DNA from: Armatimonadota bacterium
GTDB lineage: Bacteria; Sysuimicrobiota; Sysuimicrobiia; Sysuimicrobiales; Humicultoraceae
NCBI GenBank assembly: GCA_037443365.1
Contig: JBBIOM010000005.1
Span: forward strand, 5,760 to 64,349
Reading direction: 5' to 3'
Length of the DNA: 58,590 nucleotides
Under the pieces are notes generated by a model. The model did no database searches, was not told the origin of the DNA, and saw only the letters and a list, made by a program, of their open reading frames with translations. A program made the position numbers and the translations under genes. Of this stretch, positions 39,219-49,355 are shown piece by piece (positions within the stretch are counted from its first letter, which is position 1; the number at the start of each line of letters is the position of its first letter).

Positions 39219-39872
39219 ATGGAGCGTCTGGCGCTGGCTGCACAGGTTCGTGATGGGGTTGGAAAGGGCGTGGCGAGAAGCCTGCGACGCAGGGGGCTCG
39301 TGCCGGGCGTGGTCTACGGACGCGGCCGAGACCCGCTGCCCGTGGCAGTGGAGGCGAGGGCGCTGTCCTCGGCGCTCCAAACCCACGCCGGGCTGAACGT
39401 GCTCATCGATCTCGACGTAACGGGATCCGGCGCAGATCCCGCTACCGTGATGGTCAAGGAGATCCAGCGCGGTGTTTTCAAGCAAGATATCATCCACGCC
39501 GACTTCCACGTCATCTCTCTCACCGAGACCATTGAGACACGCGTGCGGGTCGCGCTGCGCGGCACCTCCAAGGGCGTCGCCGAGGGCGGCATACTGGAGC
39601 ACCACCTGCGTGAGGTGCTCGTCGAGTGCATGCCTACGCTCATCCCCGAGCAGCTGGAACTGGACGTCACCAACCTGCTCGTGGGGCAGTCGCTGCATGC
39701 CAGCGACCTGGTAGTCCCCGGGGGCGTGACCCTGCTCACGCCTCCCGATGAGGTCATCCTGACGGTCGTCGCTCCCCGCGTGCACGAGGAGGCGGCACCG
39801 GCGGCCGCGGTTGCGGTGGAGGGTGCGCCTGCTGCTACGGCGGTTCCTGAAGCGGCTCCCCAGAAGGAGTAG
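39219..39872 (+). CDS. rplY: 50S ribosomal protein L25 / Ctc
   Basis: GKG.AR.LRR.G.VPGVVYG, VKEIQR, HADF and GV.EGG; acidic tail. Confidence 0.94.
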   Translation: MERLALAAQVRDGVGKGVARSLRRRGLVPGVVYGRGRDPLPVAVEARALSSALQTHAGLNVLIDLDVTGSGADPATVMVKEIQRGVFKQDIIHADFHVISLTETIETRVRVALRGTSKGVAEGGILEHHLREVLVECMPTLIPEQLELDVTNLLVGQSLHASDLVVPGGVTLLTPPDEVILTVVAPRVHEEAAPAAAVAVEGAPAATAVPEAAPQKE

Positions 39873-39909
39873 GGGGCCCTTCCCCGGGCAGGTCGGCCCT
39901 ACGGTCACG

Positions 39910-39935
39910 GCAGGGGCGCCCGACGGCGCCCCTGC
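39910..39935 (+). other. Perfect GC-rich hairpin between rplY and pth
   Basis: GCAGGGGCGCC-CGAC-GGCGCCCCTGC. Confidence 0.6.
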
Positions 39936-39960
39936 TCGCATGCCGGGCGCAGGAGGGCAC

Positions 39961-40545
39961 ATGCGGCTGATAGTCGGCCTTGGCAATCCGGGACGCCGGT
40001 ACCGCGGCACGCGCCACAACATCGGGTGGGAGGTGCTGGAGGCGCTGGCCCGAGCGTACGGCGTCGCCATCGCGACCGAGGATGGATGGGCGCTCGTGGG
40101 GCGGGGCGCGATCGGTGGACGACGCGTGATGCTTGCCCGGCCAGAGACCTACGTGAATGTGAGCGGCACGGCGGTCGCGCACCTGCGCCGGCGCCACCGC
40201 GTGCCGATGGAGCATCTGATGGTGGTCGCCGACGACCTAGATCTACCGGTGGGCGCCGTGCGCGTGCGTGAGAAAGGGAGCCACGGCGGGCACAACGGCC
40301 TGCGTTCGATCATCGAGGCCCTGGGTACGACGGCCTTCGCCCGCGTGCGCGTGGGCGTTGGCCGTCCCCCGACTGACCAGGATCCCGCGGAGTATGTGCT
40401 CGGCCGGCCCGCAGCGGACGAGCGCGTCCTGCTGGACGAGGCGGTCGCCCGCGCCGCCAGGGGCGTGGAACTGTGGGTAGCCGAGGGCGCGTCCTCGGCC
40501 ATGAACTACTGCAACCCCAGGCGCCGCCAGGATGACAAGGGATGA
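39961..40545 (+). CDS. pth: Peptidyl-tRNA hydrolase
   Basis: LIVGLGNPG..Y..TRHNIG, P.TY.N.SG, DDLDL and GSHGGHNGLRSI. Confidence 0.96.
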   Translation: MRLIVGLGNPGRRYRGTRHNIGWEVLEALARAYGVAIATEDGWALVGRGAIGGRRVMLARPETYVNVSGTAVAHLRRRHRVPMEHLMVVADDLDLPVGAVRVREKGSHGGHNGLRSIIEALGTTAFARVRVGVGRPPTDQDPAEYVLGRPAADERVLLDEAVARAARGVELWVAEGASSAMNYCNPRRRQDDKG

Positions 40546-40879
40546 TGGGAGCGCGATCCGACCCACGCGTTCCGCCGGGACAGCGTGTCACCAGGGATTG
40601 GCCCGTTCTCCACTATGGCGCCGTGCCGGAGTTCGACCCCGCGACCTGGGACTTTCGGATCTTCGGGCTGGTTGAGGAGCGGGTGCGTCGTGAGGCGCGG
40701 TTCGCGATGGTGCACGCCGAGGCCGGGTTTGAGACGAACCTGCCCCTTTCTGGAAGAGCGCCAAGTGGGTACGCGGCATCGAGTTGATGACCGAAGACCG
40801 GCCAGGGTTCTGGGAGAAGAACGGCTATCACATGCGCGGCGATCCATGGAAGGAGGAGCGCTACTCTCCGCCGTGGTGA
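40542..40879 (+). pseudogene. Sulfite-oxidase-like molybdopterin oxidoreductase (YuiH-like) with two internal deletions
   Basis: RVPPGQ....WPVLH.G..P....WDFRIFGLV, then F.TNLPL, then in another frame [12 protein letters not shown]...DRPGFWE.NGYH.RGDPW.EERY; the central Cys-bearing (HCVT) region is absent. Confidence 0.8.
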
Positions 40880-42081
40880 AACCGCAGACCTTCGCGCCGC
40901 TCCGCCAGCGCAACTTCCGGCTGCTCTGGACCGGCCTGCTGGTTTCCAACACCGGGTCGTGGATGCAGTTCACCGCGCTCGGGTACCTCGTTGATCAGAT
41001 CACGAAGGATCCCCTCTACCTGGGATTGTTGGGCCTGGCTCAGGCGCTGCCACGGTTGCTCTTCGCGTTCCTGGGAGGGGTGGCGGCCGATCGCTTCGAC
41101 CGGCGTCGCGTGTTGCTGTGGACGAACGGCGCCACCATGGTCGCCGCGCTCCTGCTGGGCATGCTGGCGGTCTCGGGACGCATACAGGTCTGGCAGATCC
41201 TGACGATCGGCGCCTTCAACTCCCTGGCCAGCTCCTTCGACATGCCGGCCAGGCAGTCGCTCGTCCCATCGCTTGTGGGCGAGCGCCAGCTGATGCAGGC
41301 CGTCAGTCTCAACGCCATGGCGTTCAACGGTTCGGGCATATTTGGCCCGTCGCTGGGCGGGGTGCTGATCGCCGCGGTTGGGGTGGCCGGCTGCTTCTTC
41401 GCCAATGCCGCGAGCTACGTGGCCGTGATCGCAGCGCTCTGGCTGATGGAGGTGCCCTCTGGGAGCGCCAAGAGCCGTGCGTCGCTGGGGGAGGACGTAA
41501 GGCAGGGCGTGGGGTTGCTCATTCGGCACCGCCACCTGCTGGCGATCCTCTCGATCGTCGCGGTGGTCAGCTTCTTCGGCCGTCCCTACATCCGCCTGAT
41601 GCCCACGCTGGCCCGCGAGGTGCTGCGCGTGGGCCCCTCTGGCCTCGGCCTGCTGCAGGCCGCGCCCGGAGTCGGCACGATCCTGGCGGTGTTCCTGCTG
41701 GGCTCCATCGGCGATGCGGCGCAGAAGGGCAAGCTCCTGATCGGCGCGGCGATGGCGACCGGTGCCATGGTGGTGCTGTTCGCGCTGTCCCCGTGGTTCG
41801 CCGCCTCGATGGCGCTCCTGGTGCTGGTCGGGGCAAGTCAGGCAGTAACGATGGCCGCGGCCAATACACTTCTGCAGACGAGCGTGCAGCCCGACGAGCG
41901 TGGGCGCATAATGGGGCTCTACGGCATGGTGACCTTCGGAATGGTCGCGCTGGGCACGCTGCCGCTCGGCGCCCTGGCCGGGATTGTCGGAGTGCCGCTG
42001 ACCCTGGGGCTGGGAGGGGCAGTGGTCATCGCGCTCGTTGGGGGGCTCGCGCTGGCGTCGCCGAGGCTCACCGGCCTGTAG
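40876..42081 (+). CDS. MFS transporter (MFS_3/EntS-like)
   Basis: RNFRLLW.G...SN.G.WMQ, GG..ADRFDRR and D.PARQS; about 12 TM; GTGA overlap with the upstream stop. Confidence 0.9.
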   Translation: MKPQTFAPLRQRNFRLLWTGLLVSNTGSWMQFTALGYLVDQITKDPLYLGLLGLAQALPRLLFAFLGGVAADRFDRRRVLLWTNGATMVAALLLGMLAVSGRIQVWQILTIGAFNSLASSFDMPARQSLVPSLVGERQLMQAVSLNAMAFNGSGIFGPSLGGVLIAAVGVAGCFFANAASYVAVIAALWLMEVPSGSAKSRASLGEDVRQGVGLLIRHRHLLAILSIVAVVSFFGRPYIRLMPTLAREVLRVGPSGLGLLQAAPGVGTILAVFLLGSIGDAAQKGKLLIGAAMATGAMVVLFALSPWFAASMALLVLVGASQAVTMAAANTLLQTSVQPDERGRIMGLYGMVTFGMVALGTLPLGALAGIVGVPLTLGLGGAVVIALVGGLALASPRLTGL

Positions 42082-42087
42082 CGCGGG

Positions 42088-43506
42088 CTATCTCTGGGTC
42101 GGCCTGCGCAGGGCAACGAGCATCGCCGAAACCCGCCTCTCGCCGCCCCGCGGCAGCGCGCTGACAACGCGCCCGCCGACCACCAGCGTCGCCGATCCTC
42201 CGCCGTCCAGGTTCATCGCCTCGCGGGCGCCAAGCGAGCGCATCAGCGCCGCGAGCTCCGCCAGATTCATCCCTGTGCTCTCGGGGCGCCCATGACGCGT
42301 CACCGTCCGGTCCACCGTCACGAACAGAACACCCCCTGTGCCGGTGATGCCCACGGCGGCCCGCGCGGCGCGTCTCGCGGCGAACCCCCTCCCGAATCCC
42401 TCCCAGGCGTAGGGTACCTCGACCACACCACCGCGAACGAGACGCGGACCGCCCTGAATGGCGTGGCGAAGGCCTGCGGGCTCCAGCGCCAGATGCACCG
42501 TGACACGCTGCCCGCGCACCACGTTTGTCAGCAGGTGCTGCTGCCCTGCCGCCGCAGCGAGCGCGTAGCCGTCAGGAGGGACGGGAGGCCGCCCGCTCTG
42601 AAACGACGCGATCCGCCCGCCGCGCACGATTGCCACCAGCGCCTGGGGCGGGGTCTCGGGCCCGAACTCGGGCGTGTAGAGCGCAACCCCATCTGCGCGC
42701 GGTGGCCGGTTCACGGCTGTGATCGGGACCTCCATTCCGGTGTCCGCCATCAGGCGTCCCTTGAATCTCACCGTACCGATCCACGCCCTGCCCGCCGCAT
42801 CCACTCCAAAGGCCGTGCGGCGCGGCAGGGGCGCGGACAGGATGCGTCCCTCGTGCACGACCAGTCCCAGCGGCAGGCCTGCGCGCGAGTAGTAGTTGCC
42901 GTTGATGGCGGCCGCGGCCTCCAGCCGGGAGGCGGCCGTGCTGGTGGCCTCGGTCGCGGCCACCGCACCTCCGCCCAGCGCCGAGCGGATCTCGATTCCC
43001 GGAGCGCGTGGATTCAGAGTGACGACGTGCACGCGTGCCCGTCCCGCGCCGGTTGCGACGCGGAGCGACCGGTACGCCACGCCCTGCGGGAGCGCGGTTG
43101 CGCCCTGCCGGTGCGGAAAGAGCGCTACCGTCAGCCGGTCACCCCGAGCGAAGACCTTGAACCGACCCTGTTTCCTCAGGCCGATCACCAGGCGGGCGAC
43201 CCCGGGGGTGAGCCGGCTCAGCCGGATTGATGAGACATTGCCTTCTGCAACGACAGCCGTGCGGTCGCCTTCGTGCCGGACGTTCCACATGTCCACGACC
43301 ACTGCGCGCTGCGAGGAGAAGGTGCGGTGGCGCACCGGCGCGGAGGTCCGTAGCGTCACCGTTGTAGACTCGCCGTGCCGCCCCCAGCGGAGATCGAGGA
43401 TTCGGGAGGGTGTGCTGGCCTCGGCGGCACACGATGGGCGCCCCGCGAGCAGGAGGCCGGCGCAGATGCCCAGGACGAGTATTCGGCGTAGTGTGCGACG
43501 ATGCAT
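42088..43506 (-). CDS. Secreted phosphodiester glycosidase (NAGPA-like) family protein with AMIN-like N-terminus
   Basis: Signal peptide; AINGNY, GGPRLV..G, RAAVG and AMNLDGGGS motifs. Confidence 0.85.
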   Translation of the reverse strand: MHRRTLRRILVLGICAGLLLAGRPSCAAEASTPSRILDLRWGRHGESTTVTLRTSAPVRHRTFSSQRAVVVDMWNVRHEGDRTAVVAEGNVSSIRLSRLTPGVARLVIGLRKQGRFKVFARGDRLTVALFPHRQGATALPQGVAYRSLRVATGAGRARVHVVTLNPRAPGIEIRSALGGGAVAATEATSTAASRLEAAAAINGNYYSRAGLPLGLVVHEGRILSAPLPRRTAFGVDAAGRAWIGTVRFKGRLMADTGMEVPITAVNRPPRADGVALYTPEFGPETPPQALVAIVRGGRIASFQSGRPPVPPDGYALAAAAGQQHLLTNVVRGQRVTVHLALEPAGLRHAIQGGPRLVRGGVVEVPYAWEGFGRGFAARRAARAAVGITGTGGVLFVTVDRTVTRHGRPESTGMNLAELAALMRSLGAREAMNLDGGGSATLVVGGRVVSALPRGGERRVSAMLVALRRPTQR

Positions 43507-43686
43507 GGGCGGACCCAAGGAGCAGCGTGATCGGCCGTTTTGAACTGCCCGCAGGCGGTTTATGCGCCCGGGGGAGCGAATCCTGCAAGGACGCGCCGGG
43601 ACCCTGGCGGCTCCTTGCCTCCACAGGGTAGATGTCATCTGCTAGGATGAAGGTCGGCAGGACCGCGCGGGGAGCCCGTGTCATCT

Positions 43687-44124
43687 ATGTCTCTCAACCT
43701 GGACCTGATCCGTACCCGTTCCGCCGACATCCGGCGCGAGCTCGAGATGCTGCGTGCGTACGCGGCGCTGGACGCGGGGGTCTTCTCGACCGATCCCGAG
43801 AAGGTAAGGGCCGCACGGTACAGTCTGACCGTCGTGGTCGAGGCCGCCGCGGCCATCTGCAACCACCTGGTCGCCCGCCGGGGCCGTGTCTCCGAGAGCT
43901 ACCCCGGATGCTTTCATATCCTGGGAGAGCTGGGGATTGTTGCCGCTTCCCTTGCCACCAGCCTTGCTGCCATGGCGCGGCTTCGCAACCTCCTCGTGCA
44001 CGGCTACGGTCGCGTGGATGACAGGCGGCTGCATCAAGTCCTCCGGCAGGACCTGGGCGACCTGGAGGCGTTCCTGACCGCGGTTGGGGCCTACGTGTCC
44101 TCCACGGGTGGTGGGTCACCGTGA
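43687..44124 (+). CDS. HEPN (DUF86/HepT-like) RNase toxin
   Basis: RNLLVHGY (Rx4H-Y) motif; SY..CF..L; TGcTAGGAT promoter candidate at 43640. Confidence 0.88.
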   Translation: MSLNLDLIRTRSADIRRELEMLRAYAALDAGVFSTDPEKVRAARYSLTVVVEAAAAICNHLVARRGRVSESYPGCFHILGELGIVAASLATSLAAMARLRNLLVHGYGRVDDRRLHQVLRQDLGDLEAFLTAVGAYVSSTGGGSP

Positions 44125-44615
44125 AGGAAGAGCCGCTCGCAGGAGCGCTGAAGCACCACCGTCTCTCGGCATCCGAACGTGAGGACGTGTTGGAGCGCGT
44201 TGCCGGGTGTCTTGCGGCTGAGGGCGCTGTCCTGTTTGCCTACGCGCTTGGCTCGTTCGTTGAGGGCCGGCCCTTCGGGGACGTTGATGTGGCCGTCTTC
44301 CTCGACCTGGAACGCTGCCCGGAGGCGGGTATGTTGGCCCTGCAGCTCGATCTGGCAGACCGACTGGAGAAGGCGGCGGGCCTGCCGGTTGACGTGGTGT
44401 TGCTCAACGGTGCTCCGCTTGGCATCCGGATGGCCGCCGTGCGCGGGCGCGTGGCCTACTCACGCGACGATGCAGGTCGCCTGGCCTTCCTCGAAGCCAC
44501 CTGCCTGGAGACCATGGACATGGCCTACCTGCGCGGCGAGACCCTGCGCGAATTGCTGGGTATCGGTACTAGGACCGCGTCGGCCGGGCCAGACCGCGCC
44601 GCAACAGTATCGTGA
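44121..44615 (+). CDS. Minimal nucleotidyltransferase (MntA-like antitoxin)
   Basis: GS......GDVDVAV and VDVVLLN.AP motifs; GTGA overlap with the HEPN gene. Confidence 0.88.
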   Translation: MKEEPLAGALKHHRLSASEREDVLERVAGCLAAEGAVLFAYALGSFVEGRPFGDVDVAVFLDLERCPEAGMLALQLDLADRLEKAAGLPVDVVLLNGAPLGIRMAAVRGRVAYSRDDAGRLAFLEATCLETMDMAYLRGETLRELLGIGTRTASAGPDRAATVS

Positions 44616-45018
44616 CCGTCCGCGACGCCTGCCTTTCCTCAACCGTGACGATGTAGAACTCCCTGCGCTTGGCGTCGGCGAGGAACCGGTTGTACACCCT
44701 GCCCGCGCTCTTGGGCGCCTCGCTCTCGAAGGTGGACGTCCAGCCGCTGATCGCCAACTTCGCGTAGAAATCCCGCACCTGCTCGTACGGCGCACTGCTG
44801 CGCAGCTCGACCTGCGACCACTCCGCTCGAGGGAAGCCGTACGCCTCGCCGACCAGCGACGTCCTGCCCACGCGCGTGGAGCCCGGGAAGTAGGGGAGGT
44901 CACCCAGCCGATCGCCTCGCGTGCAGGCGGCAGCGACGATCAGCGCGGGCAGGAGGACCAGCAAGGACAGGATGGTAGGTACCTCGACTGCCCGCTTGCG
45001 GGTGATCGGCCTGTCCAT
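44569..45018 (-). CDS. Hypothetical lipoprotein
   Basis: Basic N-terminus, hydrophobic core and VAAAC lipobox; LPYFPGS repeat-like motif. Confidence 0.6.
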   Translation of the reverse strand: MDRPITRKRAVEVPTILSLLVLLPALIVAAACTRGDRLGDLPYFPGSTRVGRTSLVGEAYGFPRAEWSQVELRSSAPYEQVRDFYAKLAISGWTSTFESEAPKSAGRVYNRFLADAKRREFYIVTVEERQASRTVTILLRRGLARPTRS

Positions 45019-45090
45019 CGCGAATATCGTATCGTCCCGCACCAGGGCGGTCAAACGCGGGGAGAGACGCTGGGGGAGGACGGCTGACAC

Positions 45091-47727
45091 ATGCGAAGGC
45101 TCAAGATCGCGCTGTGGACCCTCATCGGCGTCTTCTTCGTGGTGGGACCCCTGATCGCGCGCTGGTACACCGACTGGCTGTGGTTCGCCGAGGTCGGTTA
45201 CCTGCGGGTCTTCTGGGTGCCGTTCCTATCGAGGGCCGCGCTGGCGCTCGTGGTGGCGGTCGCGGTCTGGCTGCTGTTGGTGCTCAACCTGCGGCCGGCG
45301 CGCGATGCGTGGGGCGGGCGTGGCCGCTGGCTGGGTTGGATCACGGCCGCGGTGGCGGTGCTGGCCGGCCTGTCGGCCTCGAACGAGTGGGTGGCCGTCC
45401 AGCAGTTCCTGCATGCCCGGGCATTCGGCGAGACGGATCCGCTCTTCGGGCGCGACGTGGGATTCTACGTCTTCCGCCTGCCTGTCTACCGCATGCTGGC
45501 CGACGGCCTGTTTGCCTGGCTCGCGCTGACCGCCGGCGCCGTCGCGCTGGGGTACGGGGCCGCCCACGGACGGCTCGCGCTGCGCGGAATCTGGACGGCA
45601 CCCCCGCGGGCGCGCGCGCACCTCTCTGCGCTGTTGGGAGCGACGGTGCTCGCGCGCGCCGCCGGGTTCTGGCTGGACGCCTTCGACCTCCTCTACTCGT
45701 CGCGCGGTCCGGTCTTCGGGGCTGCGTTCACCGATGTCCATGCCGTGCTGCCTGCGCTGCGGGTGCTGGCCCTGCTCTTCGCCGCGTGCGGGCTGCTGCT
45801 CGTTGCCAACGCCTGGCTGCGCACGGCGCGCCTGGCGATCTGGACGGTTGTGCTGATCGTCGTGGCCTGGGTCTTGGGCCTCGTCGTGTATCCGGGTCTC
45901 GTTCAGGCGCTGCGCGTGCGGCCCAACGAGCTGACCGCCGAGGCGCCGTTCATCCGGCACGCGATAGCCGGGACGCTGCGGGGATTCGGGCTGGACCGGG
46001 TGCGAGAGCGCGAGTTCAACACAGAGCCGCTCGATGCCGCGGCGATCGCGCGAAACAGGGCTACCGTCGAGAATGTGCGGCTGTGGGACTACCGGCCGCT
46101 GCTGCGGGCCTACGGGCAACTCCAGACGCTGCGGCAGTACTACGCCTTCTCCGATGTGGACATAGACCGCTACACGATCGGCGGCGCGCAGCGACAGGTG
46201 ATGCTCGCGCCGCGCGAGCTGGCCCCTGGCCGGCTGGCTCCCCAGGCGCGCACATGGGTCAACCAGCACCTTGTCTACACTCACGGCTACGGGTTGGTGA
46301 TGTCGCCGGTCAACCGCGTCTCGCCCGAGGGGATGCCCGAGTTCCTGGTTCGGGACATCCCGCCCGAGACGGTTCCGGATCTACCGATCGCGCGACCCGA
46401 GATCTACTTCGGGGAGATGACAACGGACTACGTGGTGGTGAACACCAACGTCCGCGAACTCGACTACCCGCGCGGTGACGAGAATGTCTACGCGCACTAC
46501 CAGGGCCGGGGCGGGATCCGGCTCGGCTATCTCGCGCGCCTGGCCCTGGCCTACAGGTTCGGAGACGCCCGGCTGCTCTTGTCCGCGGACATCGGCCGGG
46601 ACAGTCGGCTGATCTTCGCCCGGCAGATCGGTGCGCGCGTGACGCGCATCGCCCCGTTCCTGCGCTATGATCGCGACCCCTACCTGGTGCTCGCCGAAGG
46701 TCGGCTCTTCTGGATCATCGACGCCTACACGGCCACCGATCGCTACCCGTACGCGACGCGTTACGGCGACGTCAACTACATGCGCAACAGCGTAAAGGTC
46801 GTGGTGGACGCCTACGACGGCGCCGTGACCTTCTACCAGGTGCTCCCGGACGAACCGATCGCCCGCACCCTGGCCGCCATCTTCCCCGACCTGTTCCGGC
46901 CGGCGGATCGGATGCCGCCGGCGCTTGCCGCCCACCTGCGCTATCCCGTTGACCTCTTCGAGCTCCAGGCTCAGGTGTACGCGACGTTTCACATGCGCGA
47001 CCCGCAGGTGTTCTACAACAAGGAGGACGTCTGGGCGATCCCTCGTGAGCTCGTCGGCCGGGAGGCGGTGAGCGTCGAGCCCTACTACGTGACGATGCGC
47101 CTCGCCGAGGGCACGGCGCCCGAGTTCGTGCTCATGCTGCCGCTTGTCCCCTCGGGCCGAGACAACATGATCGCCTGGATGGCGGCGCGCAACGACGCGC
47201 CGAACTACGGCGAACTGATCGTTTACAGGTTTCCCAAGGCGCGCGTGGTGTTTGGGCCGATGCAGGTGGAGGCCCGCATAGACCAGGACCCCTTCATCTC
47301 CCAGCAGTTGACGCTGTGGAACCAGCTGGGTTCGCAGGCAATCCGTGGCAACCTGCTGGTGATCCCGATCGAGAGCGGCCTGCTCTATGTCGAGCCGCTC
47401 TTCCTCCAGGCTGAACGCAGCCAGATGCCCGAGCTGAAGCGCGTGATCGTTGCCAGCGGCGCCCGTATCGCGATGGCGCCGACCCTGGAGGCGGCGCTGG
47501 GCGAGTTGTTTGGAGCGCAGCCGCCGGGTGGGCCATCGCCAGCGCGGCCAGTCCCTTTGGCGATCCCTGGAGCGCCGGCTGGCGACGTGCGGACGCTGGC
47601 CGAGGAGGCGCTGGCTGCCTACGGCAGGGCGCAGGAACGCCTGCGCGCGGGCGACCTGGGAGGATACGCCCAGGAGATCGAGCGCCTGGGGCAAGTACTG
47701 CAGCGGTTGCGCGCGGCCACGCAGTAG
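45091..47727 (+). CDS. UPF0182 family membrane protein
   Basis: YTDWLWF.EVGY, DP.FGRD.GFYVF.LP, V.PNEL..E, NVRLWD, HLVYTHGYG, NYMRNSVK..VDAYDG and RGNLLV.P. Confidence 0.94.
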   Translation: MRRLKIALWTLIGVFFVVGPLIARWYTDWLWFAEVGYLRVFWVPFLSRAALALVVAVAVWLLLVLNLRPARDAWGGRGRWLGWITAAVAVLAGLSASNEWVAVQQFLHARAFGETDPLFGRDVGFYVFRLPVYRMLADGLFAWLALTAGAVALGYGAAHGRLALRGIWTAPPRARAHLSALLGATVLARAAGFWLDAFDLLYSSRGPVFGAAFTDVHAVLPALRVLALLFAACGLLLVANAWLRTARLAIWTVVLIVVAWVLGLVVYPGLVQALRVRPNELTAEAPFIRHAIAGTLRGFGLDRVREREFNTEPLDAAAIARNRATVENVRLWDYRPLLRAYGQLQTLRQYYAFSDVDIDRYTIGGAQRQVMLAPRELAPGRLAPQARTWVNQHLVYTHGYGLVMSPVNRVSPEGMPEFLVRDIPPETVPDLPIARPEIYFGEMTTDYVVVNTNVRELDYPRGDENVYAHYQGRGGIRLGYLARLALAYRFGDARLLLSADIGRDSRLIFARQIGARVTRIAPFLRYDRDPYLVLAEGRLFWIIDAYTATDRYPYATRYGDVNYMRNSVKVVVDAYDGAVTFYQVLPDEPIARTLAAIFPDLFRPADRMPPALAAHLRYPVDLFELQAQVYATFHMRDPQVFYNKEDVWAIPRELVGREAVSVEPYYVTMRLAEGTAPEFVLMLPLVPSGRDNMIAWMAARNDAPNYGELIVYRFPKARVVFGPMQVEARIDQDPFISQQLTLWNQLGSQAIRGNLLVIPIESGLLYVEPLFLQAERSQMPELKRVIVASGARIAMAPTLEAALGELFGAQPPGGPSPARPVPLAIPGAPAGDVRTLAEEALAAYGRAQERLRAGDLGGYAQEIERLGQVLQRLRAATQ

Positions 47728-47742
47728 AAGTAGGTGGGGCGC

Positions 47743-48249
47743 ATGGTACGGGCCGTATGTGCCGTTCTCCTGCTCCTGTCTCTCCCCGCCGCCGGGGCCG
47801 CCCGGCAGCCCGGCATCTGGCTGATCGTGCCGGGCGAGGCGATCGGTCCGGTGAGGATCGGCATGACCCTGGCCCAGGTGAGGGGTCAGGGCACCCGCCT
47901 TCCCTGTGAGATCGCGGTGATCTACACCGCTGGCCTCGCCAGCCGTCTCGAGACCAACTGCGGGGTGGCCTATCAGACGCCCGAGGGAATCACGGTCGGC
48001 CTGGACGGCTCGCGCATCTGGTGGGTGCACGGCGCGCCCGACCAGACGGTGCCGAGCAACTTCGCCGGAGTGCGCGCCGACTGGTTCCTCTACCGCGGCG
48101 AGGGCATCGGGTTCCGTGTGATCTACGCCGAGGGCGGCACCTTGATCCAGGCGATAGCGATCTTCAAGGGCACGGGCGCCGCGACCGTGCGGCGCCCGCC
48201 GGCCTCCCCGGTTGGGCCCTCTGTGCAGCCCCCGGTGCTGGGCGACTAG
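47743..48249 (+). CDS. Hypothetical secreted protein
   Basis: Signal peptide; IVPG..IGPVRIGMT and TPEGI.VG repeat-like motifs; Pro-rich tail. Confidence 0.65.
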   Translation: MVRAVCAVLLLLSLPAAGAARQPGIWLIVPGEAIGPVRIGMTLAQVRGQGTRLPCEIAVIYTAGLASRLETNCGVAYQTPEGITVGLDGSRIWWVHGAPDQTVPSNFAGVRADWFLYRGEGIGFRVIYAEGGTLIQAIAIFKGTGAATVRRPPASPVGPSVQPPVLGD

Positions 48250-49355
48250 GCGGCGAACCTGGCCATCCGCACCGTGTGCCGCTCGACGCGCTCGGGAACA
48301 ACCCGCACGCCCAGGCCGACGCCAGAGGGCACCGTGATCGTCCCGTCGTTGTTCAGCGTGATCGGCGGGTCAATCAGGTCCTCCTCGAAGTAGCGGTCGC
48401 TGGCCGAGAGGTCGGCCGGCAGCGTGAAGTTCGGCAGCGAGCACAGCGCCAGGTTGGCCGCCCGGCCGATGCCGGTCTCCAGCATGCCTCCGCACCACAC
48501 CGGGACGCCCTGCTCCCGGCAGAGGTCGTGGATGGCCACGGCCGCGGCGAGCCCGCCGCAGCGCGCCTGCTTGATGTTGATCACCCGGCATGATCCCAGC
48601 TCGAGAGCCGCCCGGGCCGCGCGCTCGTGCACGATGGATTCGTCCAGGCAGATCGGCGTGCGGATCTGGGCCTGCAGCCGGGCGTGGTTCACCAGGTCGT
48701 CTTCCTCGAGCGGCTGCTCGATCAAGAGCAGCGCGTACGAGTCCATGGCCCGGAAGGTGTTGGCGTCGGCCAGGCTGTACGCGGAGTTGGCGTCCACCTG
48801 GAGCAGGATGTCGCCGAAGCGCTCGCGGATCACGCGCACGGGCTCGAGGTCCCATCCCGGTTTGATCTTGATCTTGATGCGCCGGTAGCCCCGACCGAGG
48901 TAGTCGGCGACGCGCGAGAGCAGGTCTCCCACGGTCGGCTCGATTCCCAGGCTGACCCCCACCGGTACCGTGACCCGCTCGCCGCCCAGCAGCCGCGACA
49001 GTGACCGCCCCTGATGCTGCGCCGCGATGTCCCACAGCGCGGCCTCCAGCCCAGCCTTGGCCATGTGATGCCTGCGGATGTGCTCGGCGCCCGAGGCGAA
49101 CGCCTGCGGCGTTGGGACCGGTCGCCCAAGCAGCGGCGGTATCAGGAACTTCTCCAGCACCGACCAGGCGGTGTCCGTCGTCTCCTCGTTGTAGAGCGGA
49201 GCGCTCATGGCCGGGGTCTCGCCCCAACCCTCCAAGCCGCCGGCCTGCACGCGCACGAGCAGGCACACCTTGTTCTCGTCGCGCCCGAACGAAGTCTCAA
49301 ACGGCGCGCGCAGCTTCATCGCGATCTCGCGCAGTTCAACGGCTTCGACCCTCAT
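48246..49355 (-). CDS. menC: o-succinylbenzoate synthase / N-succinylamino acid racemase (NSAR/OSBS subfamily)
   Basis: PFETSFG, KIKIKPG (KxK), VDANSAY, IEQP, LDESI, INIK and WCGGMLE.G.GR. Confidence 0.9.
   Translation of the reverse strand: MRVEAVELREIAMKLRAPFETSFGRDENKVCLLVRVQAGGLEGWGETPAMSAPLYNEETTDTAWSVLEKFLIPPLLGRPVPTPQAFASGAEHIRRHHMAKAGLEAALWDIAAQHQGRSLSRLLGGERVTVPVGVSLGIEPTVGDLLSRVADYLGRGYRRIKIKIKPGWDLEPVRVIRERFGDILLQVDANSAYSLADANTFRAMDSYALLLIEQPLEEDDLVNHARLQAQIRTPICLDESIVHERAARAALELGSCRVINIKQARCGGLAAAVAIHDLCREQGVPVWCGGMLETGIGRAANLALCSLPNFTLPADLSASDRYFEEDLIDPPITLNNDGTITVPSGVGLGVRVVPERVERHTVRMARFAA

Noticed and set aside
48246-49355. Menaquinone biosynthesis operon
   Set aside because: No other men genes; GNAT and M20 neighbours fit the NSAR pathway better, though bifunctionality is not excluded
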